In this document: piece by piece, positions 46,501 to 56,800 of the stretch
How the letters are laid out: the number at the start of each line of letters is the position of its first letter
How positions within the stretch are numbered: position 1 is the first letter of the stretch
DNA from: a virus
DNA: 64,000 bases
Strand: one strand, 5' to 3'
Virus record (IMG/VR): IMGVR_UViG_3300038429_000225
Location: 28,428-92,427 of that record
Position numbers and translations under genes: made by a program
Notes under the pieces: model-generated
What the model was told of the DNA's origin: nothing
What the model saw: only the letters and a program-made list of their open reading frames with translations
Databases searched by the model: none

Positions 46501-48332
46501 ACCGGGCCCGCGGCACCGCGAGGAGTTTTCCCCATCGTCTTAGCATTCGATTCGCGCACGTCAGCTTCGATCTCCGCGCGCGGAACAGCCAAGACTGTAA
46601 GATCTTTTCTGTTTCCACTGTCAGGAAGAGTCGCTTTCTTGAGTGCTTCGTCTGGTGTAGCAAAATACTGAATGTTGTTCTTCTCTGTGCTGACACCGAT
46701 ACCCGAAGTGCGAATCTGCTGCATGTTCTTTTTGTCGACCGCGACATAAGCGTGCTCGCGATTCCAAGTTGTGTTCGCGGCCTTCTCGTAGTCCGCAACC
46801 GGACGATACTGGTCGTTCTCCAGAGCGATTACCTTCTGTGCTCCGTCTTTTGCTTTGAAGGTGATGCCGTCATAACCAGAGTCTTTCAGCTTCTTCCGCA
46901 TAGCCTCTTGCGCATCGGCCCACGCCTCTTTCGTTGGCTCCGCAACACCCTCGCCTTTCTTTTCGAGAATTCCTTCTTGCTCCCCTATCTGTTGAATGTA
47001 CTGAGTGAGGCCTGCCTCGCCGCGCATATTGATAGGATTCTCAATCCGAACGTACTGCTGATCGCCGGCTTCACCGGTGGCAGACAGCGTCTGGCCAAGT
47101 TTGTGTGTACCCGGTACGGCATCGGAAACGTAGAGCTCGACCGGTTTTCCGTGTTCATCTTTATAGAGGCTCTTCGACGCCCATTGGCGCAATTCGGTCC
47201 CGGCATCTTCATTCGCCTGCTCTTCGGGCGTCAATGCGCGCGCCTTGAGTGTACCTTCTGCGATACCCTTCATCTTTGCGATACGGGCCGCGTCTCCGTC
47301 CTGGGTGACCCAGTGTCGGATGCCAGCTTCACGAATAGGATCATCCCCGCCGCTGGCTTTAAGCAGTCGTAAAATTTCTTCCTGACGTGCGCGCGCAGCG
47401 TCGGAGCCCATTTGAACTTCTTCGTCATGCAATCCGGCCGCTTCCTGGACCAGTTTGAGGCGTTCGTTTGTAGTCAGATCCTTGCCGTTGATGTAGCTCT
47501 TGACAGCCTTGACGTCTTCAAGGCCGTGCTTCATGCCTTCTTGGATGAAGGCGACGCTGGCTAGGATGTTTGTTCCAAGACGAGTAGCGTTCTCCACGTC
47601 CCCATCTTTCAGGGCATCCAAGAACTGAGGCGACTGGGTCATCAAGCCACCAAGCATTTGTGTAGTGAAGCCAGCTGTTAGAAGACCCTTGGCTGTACGC
47701 GCCACGATCGGTGCAGCATATTCGTTAACGCCGATGCTCTTAAGGATTCCAATTCCAGCGCCTTCAACTGTGGAACCGCCGAAGGATGCGATTGTCAATC
47801 CGATCATCAGGGGAGATGTGAAGCTGGATCCGATATCCTCGAGACCGGTTTCAAGACCACGTTCAAATGAGCCGGCGCCTTCGCGCGTGCCCCACTTGTG
47901 CAAATCGTAGAGAGGAGAATTCATCCACTCCCACGCCTTGCTGTACCAGGGCTCGTCGTCCATTTTTTCAGGATTCGTTTGACCGTAGGCTCGCTCTTCG
48001 CTAGTAAGGCCGCGAGTTGTGGCGCTGTTTGAATACTTGTCGGTTGTGTCGTGTGTCCCGAGACCGGCAACAGGTAGGCTCATCCAATCTGACGTACCCG
48101 ATACGACGGGCGCAGCGGCGGTCATAGCAGCAGGCTGTTCGACGGCTCCGGTTGTCGGAAGTGACATCCAAGAAGGTTTTTCTGTTGCTACAGATGTACT
48201 TCTAGCTGTTGGTAAAGACTTCCAATCTAAATCGTCCTTAGCCGCAGCAGGGACACCAGAAGGTGTATCCGCGGCTGGGCTTGCTGATCCGCCTGCTACC
48301 GGAAGATTTTTCCAATCATCTTGGGGCGCCAT
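43569..48332 (-). CDS. Large internal-virion/ejection polyvalent protein (degenerate ART-like modules + GNAT)
   Basis: 1587 aa; N-terminal W.SLP repeats; YVRIENP...GYDGI; GNAT motif YRGRGYAKAAY...A..VWESL; helical C-terminal region. Confidence 0.72.
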   Translation of the reverse strand: MAPQDDWKNLPVAGGSASPAADTPSGVPAAAKDDLDWKSLPTARSTSVATEKPSWMSLPTTGAVEQPAAMTAAAPVVSGTSDWMSLPVAGLGTHDTTDKYSNSATTRGLTSEERAYGQTNPEKMDDEPWYSKAWEWMNSPLYDLHKWGTREGAGSFERGLETGLEDIGSSFTSPLMIGLTIASFGGSTVEGAGIGILKSIGVNEYAAPIVARTAKGLLTAGFTTQMLGGLMTQSPQFLDALKDGDVENATRLGTNILASVAFIQEGMKHGLEDVKAVKSYINGKDLTTNERLKLVQEAAGLHDEEVQMGSDAARARQEEILRLLKASGGDDPIREAGIRHWVTQDGDAARIAKMKGIAEGTLKARALTPEEQANEDAGTELRQWASKSLYKDEHGKPVELYVSDAVPGTHKLGQTLSATGEAGDQQYVRIENPINMRGEAGLTQYIQQIGEQEGILEKKGEGVAEPTKEAWADAQEAMRKKLKDSGYDGITFKAKDGAQKVIALENDQYRPVADYEKAANTTWNREHAYVAVDKKNMQQIRTSGIGVSTEKNNIQYFATPDEALKKATLPDSGNRKDLTVLAVPRAEIEADVRESNAKTMGKTPRGAAGPVEVYPGVELRSETKGLNKGAAEGRSYEVGLHNIKNDRVGRFLVNVDAEDVAHMNISGVESDLKSGEKSSYRGRGYAKAAYIEAMRIAKEHGLHKFTSDENGATSLDARHVWESLDKEFDVEHHNPTGEKDFLGPQYSIDLDKIPIEKLAPRALRPGPVPDDMLVASKRHMPGHILERDEEGNLTSHSTPLRPIGAEDLPGDNSRFNSQLTPKQRDQYLAGLDYAINRMTEEDKSMAKMLRQLYDNSFQKAYENGLIHQWVEAYHPQAWAGEDNSMWNKVFGKAPEKVTNQALNRLRYDADAGHFSTNINQAKYRVYNTEFEGVMAGEVFKHDDLAKHAYDHMVGIDRAIAGRKFLEALRTKGAKGPDGRPAAVLAGTARVMGAETNNPAVALDPKSVKTINISPEIVEKMREGINPKTGTNDLQDGLNKGIIYKLPWTIENEEGEKIPAYAYSSDGYVKIDSQHTRAWGYAGQDTAGNPAIMRGDLLVHPDYEKFVRQVIDADRSVVRNSPTLSAANRAAGEAKGLLLSISPFHLVQESLRAMMVGINPLDKSHLDINDPAISESLRRGVRQGLIRNDYKAQDKFSTGMASHSSIINAIPGLKQFQGKLQSFLFNDYIPSLKDRAYLKIFDDMRNDHPHLTADEAASRAADTVNDVFGGQNWRKLGWSASQQDFARMIALAPDWLLSEMRMGARALGLMDKETGAYSRKIMVKQLAAIWLGARVINMLTSGQMHNEAPFGVASKDEKGNEKIYSIRTLPTDLIHAMSSPREFLFGRVNPLTVRPVVEGLTGRDPMGRRAPFDQQASDLVRNIIPIVGQGIIKGGDVSAFDQVYKGMGATVRRYKTEAEKLAEQYASDRMPTGPVDPEHLKAHQQDIRLEDAYRAGKIGKGEIMQHVSKRRADEIIRRAPLSPLQARFDRLPLSEAINVWDAAGKSEKDQLSNMLWKKRVEYMKQHTAAQRADDPTWRKLQSVYGDLR

Positions 48333-48344
48333 ATTTTGTCCTTA

Positions 48345-50342
48345 TTAACGCGCGATTGTTAGTCCTTGGTTGAGATACTTATCTACGTCGGTTGGTGGTA
48401 CTTGTCTGATAGTCCCGTCGGGAGCGAGCATGTTGACCGGTTCTGCTGTAGCTTCTTTTTCCGATCCGCCGGCGGCGTTCCGAAGCTTGGTTTTCTCGTC
48501 GTCGCTGATACTAAGTTTACCAATGTAGTCCAAGCGTTCCGGTAAAGCTTTCATAGCATCAAGATCACTAAACACTTTGTTTGACTGATCGCCGCTTAGT
48601 CCTGGTATTTTCGCAGTCAGTGATCCAAGAGGTCCACCCGTTAAAGCGGAAGGAAAAGACCCCCGCTCAACTGGCTTCAGTTTATACCCTTTTGCTGGTG
48701 GTGCCGCTGCCGAAGCTGCCGGTGTAGTAGTTTTCTTGAGTTCCCCAAGAACCTTATTACGAAGAGGCTCAGGAACCAATTTCATGTCCTTTTCTGCAGC
48801 GTCAAGATCAACCGTGCCTTTCGCCACATCGGTCGTGTGCTTGTCCCGCATGTTCTGAATAAGGAGTTTTTCTGCGTCGCGGTGTCCTTCAAGAGCAAGG
48901 GCCATGTTTTGGTGTTGACTCATTACCGCGGTTGCTTGATCTCGAACAGCTTGAGCATTTTTGTAGTCTTCGCTGCCAACAGGATACATACCCATCTCTT
49001 TGATGGCTGCAGAATATGTGGCAATGGCTTGGTCTTTGCGAGCAGAAAACTCTTTGTCAAGAACCCACAAGTCTTTTTGAGTTACGATCGGTGTGCCTTG
49101 GGCGTCCAACTTGGTTACGTCGCCACCGGCTGCTTGCCAATGGTCCATAGCCAATTGGTGTTCTTTGTCTTCCTTGACCATCTTATCGTAGCGATAAGAC
49201 GCCTCCAATCTCTGGGCCGCAGTCGCTGCTTCCAGTTCACGCTTCGCGTGAGCATCCAGAGATTTCATGTTTTGGTCGCGGAATTCTCTTTCGGTCATTT
49301 GTCCAGGCGGAAGAATCGCCTTGCCATTGTCATCTAAATATGGGTGAGCCTTGTCAATGATCATCTGCCCGTCTTTCTTTTTTGGAGTAATTCCGTCAGA
49401 TTCCATTTCAACGCCGAGGTATTGCTTGGTATCAAAATTCCACGGCTTGCGGAAGATATAAACATCCTTAGTGGTAGGATCTTGTACGATCTGGGTGTCA
49501 AACTTTCCGGGCCGAATGGCTTGATTTGGGTTGCGATGTGCAAAATCATTCGCCTCTTCAGCCGAATGGAATGCACCGCTCTCTGTCGCCGGATTTTTGA
49601 TCAGGGTATCATGATTTACATGATCTTCAAACAGGAGTCGTTCTTTTTCGGCGCCTTCTTGGTCCTCACGAGCAGCCTTTTTCAAATCGAAATTTCCCTT
49701 GGCAATTTGAATCTTATCGATTTGTTCTTTTTGAAATGACGCAGTAAGATCGGAAATCGATTTCATTTGCTCACGCGCGTCCCTGTGTAGCTGTAAGGCG
49801 CGCTCTTCGGCAATGCCTTCGTTGTGAAACTGTTCCTGAGCTTCCTTCTCTTCCTTTCCTTGCTGCTTCTCGACACGCTGTTCGTTGGCCTTAAACCCGC
49901 CGGCGAACGCGGATGCCATTGCTGGACCTTTCCCGCGATTCGCAGGATCATACCCGCCCGCGAGCCCGGTGATCGCCGCAGCCAGGATGCCGCGCGCCAT
50001 CTCGCCGGGTGCCAGGTCCCGATACTGGGCCACAGGACCCTTTTCGGTTTGGACCCATTCCTTCTTCTTCCCGCCGGCCAATGTCTGGAAGATCTCGCCG
50101 AGGATACCATGATGCTGATCGGCCGCAGCTTGGGTTCCAGGTTGCGGAGTCTTCGGCGCGTTTGGATCTCCACCCGGAAGAGACGATCGATCCAGGTTTG
50201 AGACAGACGGTGGCGCTTGCGAGACATCAATCGGAGAGGTCGCGGGCACCGCAGCCGCTGACGGTATGACCTTATCAGGTGACACGTCTTGATCCGGTGC
50301 TTGAGATGCTTGCGTCACGGGTAGAATGGGTGCTGTTGACAT
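48345..50342 (-). CDS. Putative DNA ejection/internal virion protein
   Basis: 665 aa; low-complexity N-terminus, Gly/Ala hydrophobic segment, coiled coils; position among virion genes. Confidence 0.6.
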   Translation of the reverse strand: MSTAPILPVTQASQAPDQDVSPDKVIPSAAAVPATSPIDVSQAPPSVSNLDRSSLPGGDPNAPKTPQPGTQAAADQHHGILGEIFQTLAGGKKKEWVQTEKGPVAQYRDLAPGEMARGILAAAITGLAGGYDPANRGKGPAMASAFAGGFKANEQRVEKQQGKEEKEAQEQFHNEGIAEERALQLHRDAREQMKSISDLTASFQKEQIDKIQIAKGNFDLKKAAREDQEGAEKERLLFEDHVNHDTLIKNPATESGAFHSAEEANDFAHRNPNQAIRPGKFDTQIVQDPTTKDVYIFRKPWNFDTKQYLGVEMESDGITPKKKDGQMIIDKAHPYLDDNGKAILPPGQMTEREFRDQNMKSLDAHAKRELEAATAAQRLEASYRYDKMVKEDKEHQLAMDHWQAAGGDVTKLDAQGTPIVTQKDLWVLDKEFSARKDQAIATYSAAIKEMGMYPVGSEDYKNAQAVRDQATAVMSQHQNMALALEGHRDAEKLLIQNMRDKHTTDVAKGTVDLDAAEKDMKLVPEPLRNKVLGELKKTTTPAASAAAPPAKGYKLKPVERGSFPSALTGGPLGSLTAKIPGLSGDQSNKVFSDLDAMKALPERLDYIGKLSISDDEKTKLRNAAGGSEKEATAEPVNMLAPDGTIRQVPPTDVDKYLNQGLTIAR

Positions 50343-50344
50343 GA

Positions 50345-50758
50345 CTATTTATCCTCTAAGAAAAACGAAAGTTGCGTCTGGGCCGTAATGTCCGTCCCAG
50401 ATAAAGCCTTGTTCAAGAACTCAACCAGGATGAAAATATTTCCATCCGCGATGTTGTCTAGGTTGTACGACTTGAGAAGATCACTGAGGGTATCGGTGCT
50501 ACTCAGCTTTCCGTGGTAGCCTTTTGCCCGCGTGTTACCGGAACACTTCCACTCCAGATCCTGTATTAGAAATCTGTATCCGCCGATGAGAGATGTGAAG
50601 ATTCGCCTACCTTTGTTGTCGACTTCCCCAAGATGCCGGTAGCTATAAGCTTTGGCAAGCGCGGGGTTCCGGAGTTGAAAACTATCCGAAGAGGGATCAT
50701 GCATCTTGTTCAAGAATGCGATACCATCGGCAAGGGCTTCAATCTTTTTGATAGCCAT
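50345..50758 (-). CDS. Possible lysozyme-fold virion protein
   Basis: RNP...G.RIF.S..GGYR.L..DL...TLSDLL..Y pattern. Confidence 0.45.
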   Translation of the reverse strand: MAIKKIEALADGIAFLNKMHDPSSDSFQLRNPALAKAYSYRHLGEVDNKGRRIFTSLIGGYRFLIQDLEWKCSGNTRAKGYHGKLSSTDTLSDLLKSYNLDNIADGNIFILVEFLNKALSGTDITAQTQLSFFLEDK

Positions 50759-50780
50759 GACTTTTCTCCTGTAGAACTAT

Positions 50781-51500
50781 TTACGAAGTTACTGTGCCAC
50801 CGAAAGTTCCGTCGTTACCACCTGTTATAGCTTTGGCTGTACCCTTTGCGGCTTTCGCAACACCGCCTATTCCTCCGGTCAAGCCACCAACGGCCGCGTC
50901 CGCAAGACCGCCAACCATGCCAACCCACGAACGGCTTTCTTGTGCGTTCGTATTGGCTTGCTCTTGGGTTACTTGCTCTGCTTTCGTAACGTCGCCAGCC
51001 ATCTGAGTAGACGGTTCAAAAACTTTTCCGAGATTCTCTTCGGCGTTGATTGCTTTGTCTCGTTCTTCGATGCCGAGTTGGGCATTCTTTTGTGTAATGT
51101 CAGCTTGTTCGTTGGCCATGGTGCCCATGACTTGTGTCGCTGCACCAGCTTTTTCCGCCTGCACAATACCAGACTCAACACCAGGAGTGACGCTGCCTTT
51201 CGCAGCATTCCGTCCGATTGAAGCGTTAAGCTTGGCAATATTCGCCGCAGCCGTGTTCAAGGTCTGCGCGTTCATCGAGGCAAGCACAGGAGCAGAGTAG
51301 GCGCTCGTTGAAGAAACGATCGCATCCAAACCGCTCTTCAAGCTTTTATACATAGCCGACGCATCACCGAATGTCGTGCTATATGAGCCCTTCATAGTGC
51401 TCTCCCAATTCGTATCGTTCGAGAGAGCTTGCTGCTGGGCCGCAGACGGCTTGCAGTTCTTGTAGGTCGGACTCACGTATTTGAAATTGATCGTGCTCAT
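50781..51500 (-). CDS. Putative pilot/internal virion protein
   Basis: Ala/Gln-rich with a Gly-rich hydrophobic C-terminus. Confidence 0.6.
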   Translation of the reverse strand: MSTINFKYVSPTYKNCKPSAAQQQALSNDTNWESTMKGSYSTTFGDASAMYKSLKSGLDAIVSSTSAYSAPVLASMNAQTLNTAAANIAKLNASIGRNAAKGSVTPGVESGIVQAEKAGAATQVMGTMANEQADITQKNAQLGIEERDKAINAEENLGKVFEPSTQMAGDVTKAEQVTQEQANTNAQESRSWVGMVGGLADAAVGGLTGGIGGVAKAAKGTAKAITGGNDGTFGGTVTS

Positions 51501-51501
51501 T

Positions 51502-51936
51502 TTAAAGCCTCACTAGGAAATTGTCTTCGGCCGGCTTGAACCCAAACTTCGTAAAGATGTTGATCAACCCGTCGGACTTTGAATCAAAAATAATCTCTTT
51601 GTATCCCATCTTCCTGGCGCCAGAGGCGACAGTGTAGAACGCGTGCTTGAGGGCGAGCGACGTACGAAGTTTATCCCGCTCACCTTCGGGAGGAAACTGG
51701 ATGTAGGCACGCATCACGTTTTCGAGTTTGAGGTAGTAAATCACGCCCTCTTCATCATAGACCGTGAGATACTTCGTATACTTATCTTTCGGAGTCCCGT
51801 CTTCGTTCTTCTCCGGCACCCAAAAATCAGCGGGTACGGCGTGCTGCGGACAAGCATCCCGCGCAATCCAGTTGGTCAACTGCGAAATATCCGAACTGTC
51901 AGTATCCCGACATTCGATTTTCATGTTAGGGCTCAT
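51502..51936 (-). CDS. GNAT-like protein in the virion module
   Basis: IECRDTDSSD...GYKEIIF...KFGF; position analogous to the acetyltransferase-like gene of podoviruses. Confidence 0.55.
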   Translation of the reverse strand: MSPNMKIECRDTDSSDISQLTNWIARDACPQHAVPADFWVPEKNEDGTPKDKYTKYLTVYDEEGVIYYLKLENVMRAYIQFPPEGERDKLRTSLALKHAFYTVASGARKMGYKEIIFDSKSDGLINIFTKFGFKPAEDNFLVRL

Positions 51937-52273
51937 TCCGGCGACGAGTCATGCGTTCAGCCATCACCGCGATATTTTTGTCAATACTCTGCAGCACTTC
52001 AAGATTTTTATCGAGCACTGCTTTTTGGTCTGTGACCTTTTCTGTCAAATGATGCAAATCGTTGTCACGAATTTGCGTTGTAGTTCCGTGAATGTCCATA
52101 ACCATTTTCTCCACTGCTACCGTCTTGTTTTCAACTGATGCTAGACTATCTGCCCACTTATCGACTGCATGACGGAAGCGCCAAACGATGCCGAGCGCAG
52201 CAACCCAAAAAGCCAAGTGAACGTGGTCCAGCGCGTAGCTTAACCACGGTACTGCGTTAGGTTCGACGAACAT
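51926..52273 (-). CDS. Single-TM coiled-coil protein (holin-like candidate)
   Basis: LAFWVAALGIVW, NDLHHL, coiled-coil tail. Confidence 0.55.
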   Translation of the reverse strand: MFVEPNAVPWLSYALDHVHLAFWVAALGIVWRFRHAVDKWADSLASVENKTVAVEKMVMDIHGTTTQIRDNDLHHLTEKVTDQKAVLDKNLEVLQSIDKNIAVMAERMTRRRNEP

Positions 52274-52284
52274 AAAATTTCCTT

Positions 52285-52491
52285 TTACTTTTTGATTGGT
52301 GGCTGAATAGCCTCGAAACGTTTCTTCCACCTAAACTCTTCTGCTTCTTTACGAACAGCTTGCAGATGACGATGAATTTCGACGCGATGGATCCGCCCAG
52401 TTCCCTTGTCCAAAATGTGGGTGGGGACGGAAGACGAAGACTCACCTTTCGTCAGTTGTTTATGAATTTCGCCAATCGTTTTGGTCTTCAT
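52285..52491 (-). CDS. Hypothetical protein
   Basis: RBS GGAGG. Confidence 0.5.
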   Translation of the reverse strand: MKTKTIGEIHKQLTKGESSSSVPTHILDKGTGRIHRVEIHRHLQAVRKEAEEFRWKKRFEAIQPPIKK

Positions 52492-52493
52492 GT

Positions 52494-52600
52494 TTACTTT
52501 CCTCCGCGCCGTTGGGGCGCGCGGTCAACCAATATTGCAATATTTCGGTTGATGCTCTACAAAACTTCAAGATGCTTATCCATCGTTGTGAGGTACATGG
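52494..52600 (-). pseudogene. Remnant paralog of the 51926-52273 C-terminus
   Basis: MDKHLEVL*SINRNIAILVDR versus LDKNLEVLQSIDKNIAVMAER. Confidence 0.6.
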
Positions 52601-52681
52601 TTTCCTGGGGCCGAGGGAGAAACACTCAGCAGGTTTATTTTTAAGTTGATGCTTTGTGTTTCGTACTTCTAACATCTTTTC

Positions 52682-53506
52682 TTATCGTCCCTTTTTCTTT
52701 GGTGTCTCTGCGGTCGCTTGACCTACGGAATCGAAAACTCGCGTGACCTTTCCGTCTGGCTCAACAAGATGGAGACCGTCGGCATCAACAACGTAAACGT
52801 TGATATGATTCTCTTTAGCAGTTGCCTTGTCCTGTTCGGACGGTCCACCAGTTCGAGGGTGCGTGTGAATCACATCTTCTGCGCCTGGGGGTCTCGGACC
52901 AAAATTGATTTGTCCTTTACCACTTTCAAGGTTTTTCGAGACGACTGGTTCTGAATATTTCTCATTCCAGTCTAGAAAATTTCCAGCCTCTGCACGTGAA
53001 TTAGGACCGCCAGCCATAGCCCACAGACGGCGTACGTTGTCCTTAAATTCTTTGGAGTGCTCCAGCGAGCCTTCTGGTGTCGGACGGTTGTACTTCCCGG
53101 CGGCGTAATCTTCTTTCATTTGCTTTGCATAAGCATCAGCGTGCTCTGGCGATTCGAAGATTCCAAGGTGTTTACCTGTATTGTAATACCGGATTTTTGC
53201 ACTCCGGTCAGATAGGGTTTCACCATCAACTGTTGTTGGAACTAAAATGCTTCTTCCGTTGTCGTCTCGGAAGCTTGTGGTAGAAGGACTTGGCTGATTG
53301 TACAGATGGGCGTTACCAGGGGTGATAAGACCTGGTGCGTCTCCGGCCCACGTAGCCGCTCTACCGTAACCTGCATCCATTAGCGCGCTATGCAGTTCAC
53401 CAGGATCTGTATCTTTTGGAACCGCAACATTGTGAATTTCACCGTCGGAATGTTTGATCGGCATAACAACATGCGTTGCACTGCTATAATCTTTATCGTC
53501 TGGCAT
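52682..53506 (-). CDS. JAB/MPN+ metallopeptidase-domain protein
   Basis: E(AG)...IHTHP...PSEQD...VYVV JAMM motif. Confidence 0.72.
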   Translation of the reverse strand: MPDDKDYSSATHVVMPIKHSDGEIHNVAVPKDTDPGELHSALMDAGYGRAATWAGDAPGLITPGNAHLYNQPSPSTTSFRDDNGRSILVPTTVDGETLSDRSAKIRYYNTGKHLGIFESPEHADAYAKQMKEDYAAGKYNRPTPEGSLEHSKEFKDNVRRLWAMAGGPNSRAEAGNFLDWNEKYSEPVVSKNLESGKGQINFGPRPPGAEDVIHTHPRTGGPSEQDKATAKENHINVYVVDADGLHLVEPDGKVTRVFDSVGQATAETPKKKGR

Positions 53507-53511
53507 TGGAG

Positions 53512-53796
53512 TTACTCCAAACTTTTCGCTAATTGCTTGGCACGAAGTTTTGATTCTGCCAACTCCGCGTGTTTCTGACGGAATGTGTCGAGGTCTTTCT
53601 GCAGTGCAGCAGCGTCGTACCCCGCAGGCAACGGCTGGTCTACCGCACCAATGGTCATAATGTGGGTCATCTCGACTGCGTCGGAACCGCTACCTGCTTT
53701 GACAGTCAGATGGATGTAAGTGTGGTGCGTTTTCTTGTCTACTTTGATTTCATGGTTGCACACCACATCAGTGTCGTTCACTCGAATTGTTTTCAT
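53512..53796 (-). CDS. Small protein downstream of the fiber gene (chaperone-like)
   Basis: RBS GAGGA; position. Confidence 0.55.
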   Translation of the reverse strand: MKTIRVNDTDVVCNHEIKVDKKTHHTYIHLTVKAGSGSDAVEMTHIMTIGAVDQPLPAGYDAAALQKDLDTFRQKHAELAESKLRAKQLAKSLE

Positions 53797-53804
53797 AAAT
53801 CCTC

Positions 53805-56800
53805 TTAAATGATTCCTTCCACCCATGCCTCATATAAGCACGCATGAGCCGCCGAACTAGCCGTTGTTCTGTGAATCGTTATCTGCACCCGAACAAGAGA
53901 TAGATTGGTGTTTACTGGGATGGCAAAAGAATCCGTTGTCAAGGCCCGCGTAGTTCCTGTAAGCGAATAAACAGTGGTTACAACGACTCCTGCTGTACCA
54001 TAACCTAAAGTCACCACGTTGTCACCGGAAGAGGTGTTTACGGACGACCGTATATAAAGCGTCAAACTGGTCCATGGAGCAGAAGTTGGACTTGCGGCAG
54101 ACAATGTAAATGTAAACGTTGCTGCTGAAGTTGTTGACCCAATTACTTCTGCGTAGGTTGTCAAGTCTCCATCGATTGCGTTATTCGGGTTATTTACAGT
54201 AGCGCCCGCAACGCTATTGTTAACCGCTGCGCCAAAAAGAAAGATTGAAGTTGCACCACTTTGAGCGCCAACTCCACCGTCGTTATTTCCGACCGTATCT
54301 GGGCCACCCGCCGCTGGAGTCACAATCGACCCGACAAAGAATCTTCCTGCACCATTGATAGCTGTAGTTTTTGAAGTTGTTGCAGCATACGTAACTGCAC
54401 CGCCCGCTAAAGTCGCATCATCAAAATAGATGTAATAGAGCGTCGAATAAGAAAGTGCAACAACACTGCCAGAATTTTCGTTTATATCGCCTTTGCTACT
54501 AGTGCGCATCGTAAACGCAGCAATCGAAACCGTAGCACTTGACCCTGCATCTGTTGCGGTCAAAGGGTTCGTTAACGGACGATACGTCAGCGTGCTGGCT
54601 GTTGCGCTGAAATTCGCTGGGCCGTCCTTCGTATCCGTACCTAACTCAGAAACAAACGTAACATTATGATTATCGAACTCCACAACGCCGCTTGCTGTGT
54701 CACCATAAAGCTCGAATGTGGCGTAGACAGTTCCAGCGGGCGCAGTGTAGGTATTTGAAATAAAGGTCCATGAACTTGAAGTTGTTCCTTCTACCTGCTG
54801 TCCGACTGCTGTGCCTGTTGCGTCACGAAAACTAACTTGCACATAAGCGTGGCCGCCGCCCGAATTGACCTTAGCGTAAGCACTAGCATAGAATGTGTCG
54901 CCTGGCTCACAATAGACTTGACCCAACGGGACAACGCCGCCATAACTGCCCACTGTTGCTGATGCGGTGATTTTTAAACTTTGAGTGCCCGCGTATTGCG
55001 TGCTAGTGTCATACGCATAAGTTGCAGTATGATTGCTGTAAGTGCTATAGCCTGGGGGCGGAAGAATCGTGGCGCTCGATTCAAAATTTCCGTTTTGAAT
55101 TACCGAGTCGCCGACGTTGAATGTTCGTTTACCATACACTGAACCGTCAGCAAGATTATCTAGTGTTGCGGGACCAACCAACTGCCAATATGCGCTTGTG
55201 GCGGGTGGTGTTGGAGGCGTATTTCCCGTTGTTGCCTGGAGGGCTTGAAAGATGTTGCCGTTGTATGTGACTTCCATACCTTGAAGATAGGCCGTTCCTC
55301 CAGCATACGCACCGATCAGAATGGTTGATGTGCCAAGCAGTGTCCAGTAGGAAGATGCGATTGAAGGTGCATTCCCTGTCGAGGCAAGAATGCAGATCCA
55401 GAATGACCCCTCGTAGCTCACTTGGTTACCGGCGACGTAAGCCGTTGCGCCGTTGTATGCCCCCAGATAAATTTCAGAAGTGGCTATTTGCTGCCAGTAT
55501 GTTCCGTTCGTAGGAACATTTCCGGTTGACGAAAGGATGCAGGTATAATAATTTCCGTTGTAAGTAACTTGGTTACCGGCGACGTAAGCCGTTGCGCCGT
55601 TGTAGGCACCAATAAAGGCACTGTTATTAATATTGACCAATTGCCAATACGTAGCGTTTGTAGGCGCATTTCCGGTTGACGCAAGAACACAAACATAGAA
55701 ATTGTTCTGATAGGTAACTTGGTTTCCAGCCACATAAGCCGTGCCTGCATTGTAGGCTCCCAGAAATTGACTATTTGTTCCTATCAGTGTCCAATAAGTT
55801 TGATTCGTCGGGAGGTTTCCAGTTGACGCCAGAATGCACTTGTAAGTCCCACCCAAATAGGTGACTTCGTTTCCAGCCACATATGCCGTGCCGCCGGCGT
55901 AGACGCCAAGAAGAACAGATGACGTTCCGGTCAATTGCCAATACGTTACGTTCGTTGGAAGATTCCCAGTCGAGGCGAGAATGCACTGATAAACGTTGCC
56001 GAGATAAGTAACTTCGTTGCCTTGAACATAAGCCGTTGCGCCGTTGTAGACGCCTAGAAGAATCGCACTGGTCCCAACCAAAACCCAGTACGAACTGGTT
56101 GTGCTAGGCGCGTTGCCTGTGGTATTGCTGACGCAAATCCAGTACGAACCTTGATAGGTAACCTGATTTCCCGGGACATAACTTGTTCCATTATTGTAAT
56201 TCCCTGTGTAGAGATAAGTGCTTACGGATCCTACGATCTGCCAATAAGTTGGAGAGATGTCTGGTTGGTCGTTGGTGGAGGCAAGGGTGCAGATGTAATA
56301 TCCACCACTATACGTGACCTGATTTCCTGGGACATATGGCGTTATGCTGGACCAACCACCAAGAAAAACGTCATTCGAACTTGAACCTGTGCTCTGCCAA
56401 TAAGTCGCGTTCGTTGGGAGATTTCCTGTGCTCTGTAAAATACAAGTGTAGAACTGACCGCTGTAGGTGACGCTCGACCCCGGGAAATAGGTAATCGATC
56501 CACTGTAGGCGCCCTGATAAGCGATTGTGCCGCTTTGAACCGCTCCGCTTTGCGCAGCCCTAAGCGTAGATTCAAGTTGCTGTAGGTTCTCACAAGAAAC
56601 CCAGTAATAATAAACAAGTCCCGCGGCTACAACATCCGTGAACACGTTTGTGCCGGTTCCGGTGGCCGGCTGAGGGATGGTAGCAATGAGAGTCGCTGTG
56701 GCTGAATTGTTGACCGTGTTCCTGTACACTCTGTACGAATCAATTACATCGTGCAGAGGATCTGACACGATGTTCCAAGAGAAAGTCAAACCTGAATTAC

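Noticed and set aside
52555-52562. TAG reassigned to Gln (genetic code 15)
   Set aside because: Single case in a relic. TAG ends several well-defined genes (for example at 5351, 17069, 57723) and long genes are uninterrupted in code 11.
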